This document shows positions 28,694 to 39,374 of a stretch of DNA of 55,357 bases, piece by piece (within the stretch, counting starts at the first letter, position 1; each line of letters begins with the position of its first letter). Both the position numbers and the translations under genes were made by a program. The notes under the pieces were generated by a model. The model saw only the letters and a program-made list of their open reading frames with translations. It was not told the DNA's origin and did no database searches. This DNA comes from Gammaproteobacteria bacterium (GTDB lineage Bacteria > Pseudomonadota > Gammaproteobacteria > Eutrophobiales > Eutrophobiaceae): NCBI GenBank assembly GCA_051275005.1, contig JBNMOP010000002.1, positions 1-55,357 on the forward strand. Direction: 5' to 3'.

Positions 28694-29011
28694 TTACTGT
28701 GCGGATAAATATACTGCCAAGTTTGCAATATCATCATCTGATAATGAACCTGCCATTGCCTGCATAGTGGCATTTTGACGCTCACCACTTTTGAAAGCAT
28801 TTAACTGTTCAATAATGTAGGCCTCTTCTAGGCCTGCTAATTTTGGAAACATGTCAGGCATAGCGCTGTTACCTGATGCACCATGGCATCCCATACATCC
28901 CATGCCAGAATAAGTAGATTCACCAGCTGCAGCATCAGCTGCCTGGGCACTTGAGAAACCGAACATCAGAACTAATGATACAAGTGCTGATAAATAGCCT
29001 ATTTTTTTCAT
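28694..29011 (-). CDS. Class I mono-haem cytochrome c (c5/c-55x-like), exported
   Basis: SD GAGGA 7 nt upstream. Signal peptide ...FSSAQA|AD. CxxCH (CMGCHG). Distal Met context NATMQAMAGSL. Size 105 aa. Confidence 0.8.
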   Translation of the reverse strand: MKKIGYLSALVSLVLMFGFSSAQAADAAAGESTYSGMGCMGCHGASGNSAMPDMFPKLAGLEEAYIIEQLNAFKSGERQNATMQAMAGSLSDDDIANLAVYLSAQ

Positions 29012-29367
29012 TATTTTTCCTCTTTAAGCTTAATAATTTAACAATCTGGATTGTTGATTCCAGGTGGGTTTAAGAATCTTAATGTATCTATCTAAAATTG
29101 TATTGTTGGTATATGAAACTAACTTTTCTAGATAAAAATTATTTCATTAACGATACTACTATTTACGAGGGTCACATCATATCAAAACTATAATCCCCAT
29201 CAAGCAATTATGATCCTTACCTGTTATGGACATGATCTATGGCTTGCCGTTCAATCCCACTAACACTAAATCGCCATAATTACTGTAAATCTACTACAAA
29301 ATTGTGGATTTTGTGATGGATATCACATTCAGGTAGCTGATGGAAATGTAACCAGATCCTACTAGTA

Positions 29368-31038
29368 TTAATCGACAGACCCTTTATCGATAATTGTGCC
29401 TGCAAATTTAGATGCCCCAACTTCAAGTAAAACTTTCTCAATTTCCTCATTGGCACGAGGACGACGATATCTGTCATCGTATCTACCAACGGGGATATTC
29501 CGGTAGTAGCGAACCTCTGGATCACCCATGGCTATCATTAATGGTGTCATCCCATATCGATCGCTCTTATCAAGATTTACACCGATATCTGCCAGGAAAT
29601 GTATCATATTTGACCAACCTAGCGTAACAGCAAAGTGAGTGATATTTCTGCCATCAATCTTACCTGCGCCAGGACCATTTTTTGCGCGGTTATCAGTTAA
29701 TTGGACATTTACATCAATATCACCAAGAGTTAATACATATTTTGTTAAATCTATGGCTTCTTGCTCATCACGAACACCTTTTTCTGCCCCAGCCCCAGCG
29801 GCGAGCATAAATATTGTTGCACCACCAATGGTTTTGACATCAGAATTTACCCCATGCTCTACAAGGATGCGTAATGATTCCAAATCTCCCGAAGCTGCAG
29901 CAAGTAGTAATGCTGTAGAACCCACAATATCAATTTGAGAGGGATCTTCCATTCCCCTGGCAAGGAATGGATTGTCCAGGAATGACCAGGCGTGTTTAAC
30001 GCGCATCTCCGGGTCAGCACCATGTTTGAGTAATGCCTTCAACAAGTGGGGCATATTTTTTCTTTCCCAACCATAAGAGTCTGTTTCTGAAGGGGCCCAG
30101 TTATTCATAATCATAACCCCTTCATGTAATGCAAAATGAAGTGGTGTAAGACCATAAGCATCCTGAATATTAGGATCAGCTCCTTGCTCTAGCAGAAATA
30201 TTGCCAGTTCTTCGTGACTTGCAGCAGTGGCTATCACTAACGCACTGCCTTCTTCCTTGGTAGCAAAGTTAATATCTGCCCCGGCTTCCAATAATATTTT
30301 TACTGATTCAATGTCACCTTGCTGGGCTGCAAATAATAATGCAGTAAAGCCACCAGTTGCTTCCCTAAAACGTAATGTGGAGGGAAAATTTTGTCCCATA
30401 GAACCAGGTGTTTTAACCATGAAAGGTTCAGGTTCTGGTGTGATTTTTGAGACTGCATTAATATTTGCACCACGTTCAACGAGTAGTTTAACTACCTGTG
30501 GATGCTTTTCAGCGACGGCCCACATCAGTGCGGTCTGTTCTTGTGTAGTTTCAGCGGAATTTACATCTGCACCTTGATCAAGCAATGCTTTTACTGCATC
30601 GGTTGTCCCTGTGTTTGCGCAGGTCATTAATGGGGATTCACCCGTCCACTTAGAATTATTTGGATTTGCACCGGCCTTGAGTAATGTACTGATAATTTCA
30701 GGATTCTGGTTCATACAAGCCAGGTGCAAGGGGTTAACACCATATTCATTCGCAGCGTCGATATCTGCACCGTCCTCGCCTGAGCGAATCAATAGGTCAA
30801 CTAATTCTTTATTATTGTTATATACCGCCCAGGCTAGAGAGCTAGTCCCATCTTTCTGAGCGGTATTGACATCAGCACCACTGTTAAGGAGAGAGTTAAC
30901 CTGATCCAGGTTGCCTTTTTTTACAGCCATCAAAAATTTAGCTTCGATGTCATTGTCGATGGCTAACGAATATCCGGGTAAATATAACAGTGCTAAAAGT
31001 GTAAAAATGCACGTGTTTTGAGTTAACCGGCCCATCAT
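29368..31038 (-). CDS. Secreted ankyrin-repeat protein, cassette 2
   Basis: SD GAGGAGA upstream. A Sec signal is present. The 556-aa product aligns colinearly with 39375..41045 (LIRSG-DGAD--AANE-GV-PLHLAC-NQN, KWTGE-PLMTC-NTGT, DRYGMTPLMIAMGDPE-RYYRN). Confidence 0.85.
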   Translation of the reverse strand: MMGRLTQNTCIFTLLALLYLPGYSLAIDNDIEAKFLMAVKKGNLDQVNSLLNSGADVNTAQKDGTSSLAWAVYNNNKELVDLLIRSGEDGADIDAANEYGVNPLHLACMNQNPEIISTLLKAGANPNNSKWTGESPLMTCANTGTTDAVKALLDQGADVNSAETTQEQTALMWAVAEKHPQVVKLLVERGANINAVSKITPEPEPFMVKTPGSMGQNFPSTLRFREATGGFTALLFAAQQGDIESVKILLEAGADINFATKEEGSALVIATAASHEELAIFLLEQGADPNIQDAYGLTPLHFALHEGVMIMNNWAPSETDSYGWERKNMPHLLKALLKHGADPEMRVKHAWSFLDNPFLARGMEDPSQIDIVGSTALLLAAASGDLESLRILVEHGVNSDVKTIGGATIFMLAAGAGAEKGVRDEQEAIDLTKYVLTLGDIDVNVQLTDNRAKNGPGAGKIDGRNITHFAVTLGWSNMIHFLADIGVNLDKSDRYGMTPLMIAMGDPEVRYYRNIPVGRYDDRYRRPRANEEIEKVLLEVGASKFAGTIIDKGSVD

Positions 31039-31077
31039 TTTCTCCTCATTTATACCTGTGTAATAACAATCAATAAA

Positions 31078-32409
31078 TTAGCCTGTCAGGCCTTTCAGTA
31101 TGCCCGTGGCATCACTCTTCTCAGTCAGATATTCTTCAGAAGAGACGTTGGCCATATCCATTACTGCCAGGTGAAGATTGGATACTGGTTCACTGTCATA
31201 ACGGAGATGACGACCTCCCTTGACGTTCTTTTGTGCGCCACCAAACACCAGTGTCGGTACATCAGTGTGTAGATGAAGATTACTGTCACTGTGTGCACCG
31301 CCAGCAATTATGATGCTGTTATCGAGTAGTGATCCTTCACCATCGTTAGTTGCTTTCATCTTGCTAATGAATTTTGAGAGTAAAACAGATTGATGAAACT
31401 CAATCTTCTTGACCAGATCAATTGCCTCTTGTCGTCCTTTGTGGTGGGTCAATGAATGGTGTCCGTCTTTGGCCCCAAGTTCGAGGTAGTTTCGGTCACT
31501 ACCTTCATGACCTAGCATTAAGGAGATCATACGGGTCATATCTGTTTGATAAGCCAGTAACATCATATCAAACATAAGGCTGGCATGATCTTCAAAGAGG
31601 ATGGGTATACCGGCGGGACGCATAATATCGGTATCAACCATGCCTTCATTCATGGATTTGGCTTCCGTTACTTCAATGCCTCGTTCGATGTCTCTGACTG
31701 CATCAAAATATTCCTGTAGTTTATGTTGATCACCAGAACCCACACTAGTCATTAGACGCTTTACCCCGTCACTGACGGAATCCAGAACACTGCTCTTTGA
31801 TTCCATGCGACGACGTAATGCCTCTGGGTCCAGAGTATCGGTATCACCAAAAAGTCGCTCAAAAACATTACGCGGATTTACCTGTCGCGGAAGGGGCGTG
31901 CTTTCAGTGCGCCATGAAATGGTGCTGGTGTAATACCCGGAAAGACCATCTACCGCGCCACCTGCCCATTCAGGTGGGTCTATACCCAACTCCATGGATG
32001 CCAATGTGGTCTCTTGACCAAGCTGTTTGGCAATGATCTGATCCACAGATATGCCTACGGTATTGAATTCCTTGGATGGGGTAATTCCTGTCATATACGA
32101 CGCACAGGGTCCCGAGTGAGAACCATTGCCGGCAGTGACATCTAATCCACTTAAGACAAGCATCTCTTCACGATGTTTTGCCAACGGGGTAAGGGTTGGT
32201 GTCAATTCGTAATCACTGCCCGTTGCAGTGGGGATCCAATGATCCATAATTCTTCCAGTAGGTAGATATACATATCCAATCCTGAATGGACGTTGACCAG
32301 CAGTGGCTGCCAGAGCAGGTACCATGGCGTCAAGAAATGGCAATGCGATTGCTGCACTGGCACCCTTAATAAATGAACGACGTTGAATCGCTTTTTTGAA
32401 AATCATCAT
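31078..32409 (-). CDS. Tat-exported DUF1552 (HXXSHH) family protein, cassette 2
   Basis: Leader MMIFKKAIQRRSFIKGASAAIALPFLDAMVPALA. HXXSHH variant HSLTHH. AYQTDMTR is present. The start codon overlaps the upstream stop (ATGA at 32406-32409). Confidence 0.85.
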   Translation of the reverse strand: MMIFKKAIQRRSFIKGASAAIALPFLDAMVPALAATAGQRPFRIGYVYLPTGRIMDHWIPTATGSDYELTPTLTPLAKHREEMLVLSGLDVTAGNGSHSGPCASYMTGITPSKEFNTVGISVDQIIAKQLGQETTLASMELGIDPPEWAGGAVDGLSGYYTSTISWRTESTPLPRQVNPRNVFERLFGDTDTLDPEALRRRMESKSSVLDSVSDGVKRLMTSVGSGDQHKLQEYFDAVRDIERGIEVTEAKSMNEGMVDTDIMRPAGIPILFEDHASLMFDMMLLAYQTDMTRMISLMLGHEGSDRNYLELGAKDGHHSLTHHKGRQEAIDLVKKIEFHQSVLLSKFISKMKATNDGEGSLLDNSIIIAGGAHSDSNLHLHTDVPTLVFGGAQKNVKGGRHLRYDSEPVSNLHLAVMDMANVSSEEYLTEKSDATGILKGLTG

Positions 32410-34880
32410 GGTTGACTTCTCCTGTATTGAAATGGCGTGCTTTCAATTACACCCAGTATCAAAGATGACCAGGTGTAATTATCAGATTCGGATTTGCTTA
32501 TGATATCCCGAATTACGGGTTGATCATAATATTCTAGTTTTCTGCCCAGGGCATATGTCATTACCTTGCCTACCACTGTATGCACAAATCTGTCTGAATG
32601 GTTCAGCAGTTTTTCCCTGAATCCAGCTGTATCTTTAAATTCGCTATTATCAAACAGGATGCCTGATGGGTCGACCTCGGCATCCGCCTCTTCGTAACGG
32701 GTCCTGAATGATCCTATGCCATCAAAATTCTCTAGCGCCAGGCCGATTGGTTCCATCATCTTGTGACAATTTGCACATACCGGGTTTTGCCTATGGGCCT
32801 CCATGGATTCTTTCATGGTAAGCGCTTTGCCCGCCTGACTTTCTACCTGTAGTTCGGGTTGAAAGGCATCGGCAGGGGCTGGCGGTGGTGCCATGTCCAT
32901 CATGTTTTCCAGCACCCATTTTCCTCTCACTACAGGGGAGGTACGACTATTGAAAGAAGTAACCATAAGCAGACCAGCCTTGCCGAGTAAGCCTGCTCTA
33001 TCAGGTGAATTGACAGAGACTTGGCGGAATTTGTCACCATAGATACCAGGTATTCCATAGTGTTCAGCGAGGCGTTCGTTTACAAAGGTGTAATCGGCAG
33101 AGAGCATGTCCAGCACACTTTTGTCTTCGCGCACCATGTATTCAAACCAGGTTGCCAGCTCTTTCTTCATGGCTACACGCAATGAGCCGTCAAAGGATGG
33201 ATATAAGGCCTTTTGAGGTGCGGCCAGGTCTATCATGCGCAAGGCTAACCACTGTTCTCCAAAGTTTTTTATGAAAATGTCCGCTTTAGGATCGGCGAGC
33301 ATGCGGTTAACCTGGTCTTCGAGTACGCCGGGTTTTCGTAATTGGCCGTTCTCGGCGAGGCTTTGTAATTCCACGTCGGGAATACTACTCCAGATAAAAA
33401 ATGAAAGACGAGAGGCGAGGTCCAGGTCGCTGATTGGGAAAGCGGTGTCAGATTTTGCATTGGCGGGGTCACGTTCTATTCGAAACAGGAACTCAGGTCC
33501 CGCAAGAATTCGTTGTAATGCCAAATCGATTCCACCTTCAAACCCACCTTGACTTTGCCCTTTATCAAATAGATTCATGAGAGGCTCTATGTCCATTTGG
33601 TCCACTGGCCGACGGTATGCACGATGGGCAAGATTAGAAAGTATTGTGCGTGCGCATTCTTTCTCATCCCTCGCCGAATTAGGTACGCAGGTAAAGATTT
33701 TTTCTCGGCTCGGTGTCATGCCTGGATTTGTTTCACCAAATGGTCCGGTAATCACAACACTATCCAGCATTGCTTCCCCACCCTTAAAGTTGGCGAAGTC
33801 CTTGATCATGAGTTCAGGTGTCAGATAACCCACTGCCTTCGCCCTGTCATCCATGAAGGCAACGCCAACCAGATGGCTTCCCGCACTAACGGCAAACGTT
33901 GTTTCCATATCTTTATCAGCAGAAAACTCATAGCCAATTTGATCCGTATCACCTGCAAAATCGGGATTTTGACTATGGGTAAACAAGGGGCCGGTTTTAC
34001 CATAAAACTCACCACCAACCTTAAAGACTTCCAGGCGATCGTGATCAAGACGAACATCGACTCTATGTTCCCTACGCATGCCTCGAATAAACCCTTCACC
34101 ATTTCTGGCTAGCTTAATGCGAAGGTTATATTCTCCGTCCATAGGGAAATAATGATTAACTGCAATACCCCCTCGTGATCCAAAAGGCAGGTCTTCACTC
34201 ATGCGTTCTTTTTGCAGGAATTCTTCTGATACAGTATAGGTCTCACTAGCAGGAAGCATAGAAGATGGTCCTATGGCAAGCCGACTGATCTTGCTTGCTG
34301 CCAGAACATATTGCTCCATCAACAGTGGAGATACCGCGAGTACCTCGGCGATATTATCGAATCCCTCAGCTACATTATCTGGGGGTAAGAACTCAGCGCT
34401 ATCAATTTCAAGATCTAGCAGGTCACGAACGGCATTGGAATATTCTGTACGGTTTAGTCGATGTATTGATGGTCGTCCTGGGTTTAAATTATTTTTTGCC
34501 AGAGTATCTAACTCTGATTTTAGGTAAGAAAGCATTTGCTCGTATTCAGTCTCAGATGGACGAAGAGGGAATCCGACTTGTGGCATTGCCCTGAGAGATA
34601 ATTTGATAACTACCTTTTCCCATAGCTGTGGCGTCTCGCTAAGATCATCCACGTTAGCCTTATCCAACATAAGGTTAGCTGTGTTTAAGCTTTCATTATG
34701 GCAGGCTATACAATAGCGATTTAAAAAATTCCGGTATTTTGAATGTTCGGAAGGGGCATCAATGGTTGCGGATTGGCTAAATACAAAACCACCGCTTGTG
34801 AATAAAAAAAGAAAGCAAACACTGGTAATTATTTTAATTGCAGATGCATATGAATCTATTTGAAATATATGTTGAGTCAT
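32406..34880 (-). CDS. Exported di-haem DUF1592-type protein, cassette 2
   Basis: ATG 34880; the listed GTG 34892 is an alternative start. A signal peptide is present. CIACHN near the N-terminus and CANCHKMMEPIGLALENF near the C-terminus. Further motifs HRLNRTEYSNAVRDLL, AYRRPV and FGEQWLAL. Confidence 0.85.
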   Translation of the reverse strand: MTQHIFQIDSYASAIKIITSVCFLFLFTSGGFVFSQSATIDAPSEHSKYRNFLNRYCIACHNESLNTANLMLDKANVDDLSETPQLWEKVVIKLSLRAMPQVGFPLRPSETEYEQMLSYLKSELDTLAKNNLNPGRPSIHRLNRTEYSNAVRDLLDLEIDSAEFLPPDNVAEGFDNIAEVLAVSPLLMEQYVLAASKISRLAIGPSSMLPASETYTVSEEFLQKERMSEDLPFGSRGGIAVNHYFPMDGEYNLRIKLARNGEGFIRGMRREHRVDVRLDHDRLEVFKVGGEFYGKTGPLFTHSQNPDFAGDTDQIGYEFSADKDMETTFAVSAGSHLVGVAFMDDRAKAVGYLTPELMIKDFANFKGGEAMLDSVVITGPFGETNPGMTPSREKIFTCVPNSARDEKECARTILSNLAHRAYRRPVDQMDIEPLMNLFDKGQSQGGFEGGIDLALQRILAGPEFLFRIERDPANAKSDTAFPISDLDLASRLSFFIWSSIPDVELQSLAENGQLRKPGVLEDQVNRMLADPKADIFIKNFGEQWLALRMIDLAAPQKALYPSFDGSLRVAMKKELATWFEYMVREDKSVLDMLSADYTFVNERLAEHYGIPGIYGDKFRQVSVNSPDRAGLLGKAGLLMVTSFNSRTSPVVRGKWVLENMMDMAPPPAPADAFQPELQVESQAGKALTMKESMEAHRQNPVCANCHKMMEPIGLALENFDGIGSFRTRYEEADAEVDPSGILFDNSEFKDTAGFREKLLNHSDRFVHTVVGKVMTYALGRKLEYYDQPVIRDIISKSESDNYTWSSLILGVIESTPFQYRRSQP

Positions 34881-34892
34881 ATTGATAAACAC

Positions 34893-35539
34893 GTCCTTTT
34901 AACTGATGGTTTGATATTGTTTGGGTATCATAAGAACCGACATGTTCCAGCCAATTCATTACTAAATTAACAAGAATGCTTTAAGAATGCTTTCTTGCCC
35001 CCACAAATGCATAATTATATACAGTTTTTTAGCACTATTTTACCCCAATCGCAAGGTGGTTTTCTGGCTATTTAAGATATGTATGATTAATACGTAGTAG
35101 AGCGTAAATCAGCGAGAAATATGCACAATTGATCCGCATTTGAGAAAGGTCTATCAATATGGAAATTGGCAGGAAAATGGATACTTCTAATTTTGGGAAT
35201 AATTGTCTTTTTTATCGCTAAATCCTAACAACTGTCTTTAGGGGTTCTGGAAAGTATTTTTTAGTTAGGAGTGATTCCAAATCATGGCTGATACATGCAG
35301 TTCCCGTTATTTATAAAAATAACCACGATAATATAAATAAAATCAATATGTTAGAGTGTTATCTGCCGTTTCAGAAAAATGCAGAATGAGCCAAAAGTTT
35401 GCTATTTACATACCCTACGGGACAGGTATATTGTACTTAAGTTAACGGAAACAAAATTCAGGTATTAGGTTCTAAGATATATATGTTAGAAAAATGTTTT
35501 TCCTATTAACTTAATTTATGCTTACCTAGAACAACAATA
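34893..35539. promoter_or_regulatory. AT-rich divergent intergenic region between cassettes 2 and 3 (presumed divergent promoters)
   Basis: A 647-nt non-coding spacer separates two divergently oriented paralogous operons. No convincing ORF lies inside it. Individual promoter elements were not resolved. Confidence 0.4.
34972..34993. repeat. Perfect tandem duplication of an 11-mer (AAGAATGCTTT x2)
   Basis: Read directly: AAGAATGCTTT at 34972-34982 and again at 34983-34993, ~80-100 nt upstream of the cassette 2 start. Confidence 0.9.
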
Positions 35540-37996
35540 GTGGGGGGTGATTTGTTTAAAATATTCAATGATTTCTGGGACTTAAAGGATAGCGTGACAA
35601 GCTTTGGTTTGATTATACTTTTGTCTACCGCAGGATTAATGACCGTCCAGGCGCAACCATCCGATACAGATCATTATCGCAATATGCTGATCAAGTATTG
35701 TGTGGCCTGTCATAACGAGACATTAAAGACAGCCAACCTGATGCTCGACCGGGCAAATATAAATAATATTAGTGAAGACCCTGCGTTATGGGAAAAGGTG
35801 GTAACCAAGCTCACTCTTCGGGCTATGCCCCAGGTAGGATTTCCACTACGTCCATCTGAAGATGAATACAAAGACATGCTCGCTTATCTGACCGGGGAAT
35901 TGGACAGAATAGCAGAAGAAGATATAAATCCAGGACGGCCTACTGTCCATCGACTTAACCGTACAGAGTATACCAATGCGATACGTGACCTGCTGGATCT
36001 GGAAATAGATGGGGCCAAGCTGTTGCCTCCTGATAACGTGGATGTAGGATTTGATAACATTGCAGATGCCTTGTCGGTCTCACCATTATTGATGGAACAA
36101 TATATGTTCGCCGCAAACAGGGTGACTCAGCTTGCGGTTGGACCCGATTCCATGCGGCCCGCCAGTGAAACTTATGATGTCGCGGAAGAATTTATGCAGG
36201 AAAGCCAAACTACCGATGACCTGCCGTTTGGTTCCCGTGGTGGTACAGTTTTTCAGCATTATTTTCCATTAGATGGCGAATACACCATCCGTGGGAGATT
36301 GACCCGAAATGAAGAGGGCTATATTCGAGGCTTACGTGAACAGAGCTACATGGATTTTCGGTTGGACCACAAACGTATAGACGTACTAACCATTGGTGGG
36401 GAAGTGCATGGTCGCTCGGGTCCGTTATTTACCAATAATGCCATAGTCGATTATGCAGGGGACCCTGACCAGATCGGTTATGAATTCTCTGCAGATAAGG
36501 ATCTGGAGGTGCGGGTCAACGTTAAAGCTGGTAGTCACACCGTTGGAGTGACATTCCTCGATGACTTTGCCAAGAAGTCGGGTGTTAAATCGCCCAAATT
36601 AACCTTGACAGATATTACAAACTATAAGGGCGGAAAACCTGCCATCCTCAATGTCACTGTGACCGGTCCTTTTAATGCAAAGGAATCACCAGACACACCC
36701 AGTCGAAAGAAAATATTTGCCTGTCAGCCAACAAATACCGCTGATGAAGTATGTCCTCAAACCATTCTTTCGCGGCTTGCACACCTGGCCTATCGTCGTC
36801 CAGTAACGGAACTGGAGATAGACAGCCTGCTTAGGCTGTATCGTACAGGCAGAGACCAGGACGGATTTGAATCAGGCATAGAACTGGCCTTACAAAGTAT
36901 CCTCACAGGACCTGAGTTCCTGTTCCGTGTGGAGCAAGACCCACCTGGGGCATCATCAGGTGATGCGCAACCTGTTGCAGATATTGACCTGGCTTCCAGG
37001 CTATCTTTTTTCCTCTGGAGCAGTATCCCTGATGAGGAATTACTCAATGTGGCAGAGAGTGGGCAACTGCGTCAGCCTACTGTCCTGAAACAGCAGGTGC
37101 AAAGAATGATAGCGGATCCCCGTTTTGATGCATTGTTAGATAACTTTGGCTCCCAGTGGTTGGCTATACGTAATCTGGATATTGTCGAGCCACAGACAGC
37201 AATTTTTGTAACCTTTGATGGTGAACTGCGGTCTGCCATGAAGCGTGAGTTGGCCCTGTGGTTTGAAAGCATGGTTAGGCAAGATAGTAATATTGTGGAC
37301 ATGCTTACATCTGATTATACCTATGTGAATGGACGACTAGCGGAACACTACGGTATACCTGAAATTTATGGTGACAATTTTCGTCGTGTAACGTTAGATA
37401 ATCCAATGCGTAGAGGCATTCTAGGAAAGGCAGGATTTCTCACCATTACCTCTTTTAGCAATAGGACATCACCCGTGGTTCGAGGCAATTGGGTGCTGGC
37501 AAATATGTTGAATATGGAGACACCACCAGCACCAGCGGATGCCTTTGAACCAGAATTACAGGTAGAGAATAAAGAAGGAAAGGCCCTGACGATGAAGGAA
37601 TCAATGATTGCACATAGACAAAATCCAGTATGTGCTAACTGTCATAAGATGATGGAGCCTATTGGTCTTGCACTGGAGAATTTTGATGCAATTGGTGCCT
37701 ACCGGGAAAGATATATCGAAGCTGATGCCGTAGTTGATACATCAGGGACGCTATTTGACAATCAAGATTTTAAAGATACCTTGGAGTTTCAGGATAGTTT
37801 GCTACGTCATTCAGACCGGTTTGTTGAAACCGTCACCAGCAAATTATTAACCTATGCATTAGGAAGGGGTCTGGAGTACTATGATCAACCTGAAATCAGA
37901 AAAATTGTGAAAAAAGCCGCAGAGGATAACTATACCTGGTCATCTGTATTACTGGGTATTATTGAGAGTACACCATTCCAATATAGGAGACTATAA
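35540..37996 (+). CDS. Exported di-haem DUF1592-type protein, cassette 3
   Basis: GTG 35540, or TTG 35552 after GGGGGG; the start is uncertain. A signal peptide is present. CVACHN and CANCHKMMEPIGLALENF. Further motifs HRLNRTEYTNAIRDLL, AYRRPVT and FGSQWLAI. It is closest to cassette 2. Confidence 0.85.
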   Translation: MGGDLFKIFNDFWDLKDSVTSFGLIILLSTAGLMTVQAQPSDTDHYRNMLIKYCVACHNETLKTANLMLDRANINNISEDPALWEKVVTKLTLRAMPQVGFPLRPSEDEYKDMLAYLTGELDRIAEEDINPGRPTVHRLNRTEYTNAIRDLLDLEIDGAKLLPPDNVDVGFDNIADALSVSPLLMEQYMFAANRVTQLAVGPDSMRPASETYDVAEEFMQESQTTDDLPFGSRGGTVFQHYFPLDGEYTIRGRLTRNEEGYIRGLREQSYMDFRLDHKRIDVLTIGGEVHGRSGPLFTNNAIVDYAGDPDQIGYEFSADKDLEVRVNVKAGSHTVGVTFLDDFAKKSGVKSPKLTLTDITNYKGGKPAILNVTVTGPFNAKESPDTPSRKKIFACQPTNTADEVCPQTILSRLAHLAYRRPVTELEIDSLLRLYRTGRDQDGFESGIELALQSILTGPEFLFRVEQDPPGASSGDAQPVADIDLASRLSFFLWSSIPDEELLNVAESGQLRQPTVLKQQVQRMIADPRFDALLDNFGSQWLAIRNLDIVEPQTAIFVTFDGELRSAMKRELALWFESMVRQDSNIVDMLTSDYTYVNGRLAEHYGIPEIYGDNFRRVTLDNPMRRGILGKAGFLTITSFSNRTSPVVRGNWVLANMLNMETPPAPADAFEPELQVENKEGKALTMKESMIAHRQNPVCANCHKMMEPIGLALENFDAIGAYRERYIEADAVVDTSGTLFDNQDFKDTLEFQDSLLRHSDRFVETVTSKLLTYALGRGLEYYDQPEIRKIVKKAAEDNYTWSSVLLGIIESTPFQYRRL

Positions 37997-37998
37997 CC

Positions 37999-39336
37999 AT
38001 GATGATATTCAAGAAGGCCATACCACGCCGTAGTTTTTTACGCGGTGCCGGTGCAACACTCGCCTTACCATTCCTGGATGCCATGGTCCCGGCATTTGCA
38101 GCAGAGATGGGAAAACAACCTCTTCGTATTGGTTATATTTATCTCAATACTGGTAGAGAAATGAATTCCTGGATACCCAAGACCACAGGCAGTAATTATG
38201 AAATGTCTCCGACATTGGCACCCCTGGCAAAGTACCGGGATGATTTCATGGTGTTAAGTGGCCTGGACGTCAAGGCAGGACAGGGTTCACATTCTGGCCC
38301 CTGTGCGTCCTATATGACGGGTGTCAAACCATCAAAAGCAGGTGACGGTGTCGGTATCTCCGTGGATCAGGTCATTGCCAAGCAGATTGGCGAGGAGACA
38401 CAACTATCCTCTATGGAACTCGGCGTGGACCCACCAGAATGGGCATTCAATCGGGTAGACGGTCTGGCTGGTTATTACACCAGTACCATTTCATGGCGTA
38501 ATCCTAATACACCCTTGCCGACACAGATCAATCCGCGCAAGGTTTTCGAGCGACTGTTCGGTGATACCGACTCGCTGGATCCCGTTGCCATGCAGCAACG
38601 TCTGCAACGGAAGACCAGTGTGCTGGACGAAGTGAGTGAGAGAGTAAAGCGACTAATGACCTCAGTAAATGCCACTGACCGGTATAAGCTGGAAGAGTAT
38701 CTTGATTCGGTTAGGGAGATTGAACGCGGTATTGAAGTCGCTGAGCGCAAGACAGCCGATTCTGCTGATGATCTGGCAAGCATGGGTCTGGAACGTCCAG
38801 TGGGCATACCTTCGGTCTATGCAGACCATGTGAAGATCATGTTTGATATGATCGTGCTGGCGTATCAAACCGACATGACACGGATGATTACTTTTATGAT
38901 GGGTCACGAGGGCAGTAATAGAAACTACCTTGAGCTAGGCGCTAAGGATGGTCATCATTCATTGACACATCACAAAGGCAACCCCGCGTCCATCAATCTG
39001 GTGAAGAAGATCGATCTGCATCAATCCGAGATGCTTGCCTATTTCATGGAGAAAATGATTTCGATCAAGGAAGGCGATTCAACGTTGCTGGATAATTCAG
39101 TCATAGTGACCGGCGGTGCCCATAGTGATGCCAATATGCACTTGCATACCAATGTACCGATGATGGTCATGGGTAAGGCGCAGAATATGCTCAATACAGG
39201 ACGCCATATTCAGTTTAACGGCGAAGCGGTTTCTGACTTGCACCTGGCAGTGATGAAGATGGGTAACATTGACCCTGCAGAATATTTATCTGACAGGAGT
39301 GATGCGTCCGGAATTCTACCTGGCATCATGGCGTAG
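37999..39336 (+). CDS. Tat-exported DUF1552 (HXXSHH) family protein, cassette 3
   Basis: It starts 2 nt after the upstream stop. Leader MMIFKKAIPRRSFLRGAGATLALPFLDAMVPAFA. HSLTHH and AYQTDMTR are present. Confidence 0.85.
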   Translation: MMIFKKAIPRRSFLRGAGATLALPFLDAMVPAFAAEMGKQPLRIGYIYLNTGREMNSWIPKTTGSNYEMSPTLAPLAKYRDDFMVLSGLDVKAGQGSHSGPCASYMTGVKPSKAGDGVGISVDQVIAKQIGEETQLSSMELGVDPPEWAFNRVDGLAGYYTSTISWRNPNTPLPTQINPRKVFERLFGDTDSLDPVAMQQRLQRKTSVLDEVSERVKRLMTSVNATDRYKLEEYLDSVREIERGIEVAERKTADSADDLASMGLERPVGIPSVYADHVKIMFDMIVLAYQTDMTRMITFMMGHEGSNRNYLELGAKDGHHSLTHHKGNPASINLVKKIDLHQSEMLAYFMEKMISIKEGDSTLLDNSVIVTGGAHSDANMHLHTNVPMMVMGKAQNMLNTGRHIQFNGEAVSDLHLAVMKMGNIDPAEYLSDRSDASGILPGIMA

Positions 39337-39374
39337 TTGGTTTAAACTTCTGGTTAAAGTTTACTGGAGAGCAT

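Noticed and set aside
35159-35221. A small 20-codon ORF (MEIGRKMDTSNFGNNCLFYR) lies in the divergent intergenic region.
   Set aside because: It has no convincing SD and no hydrophobic or otherwise recognisable peptide character. Chance ORFs of this length are expected in 647 nt of AT-rich DNA.
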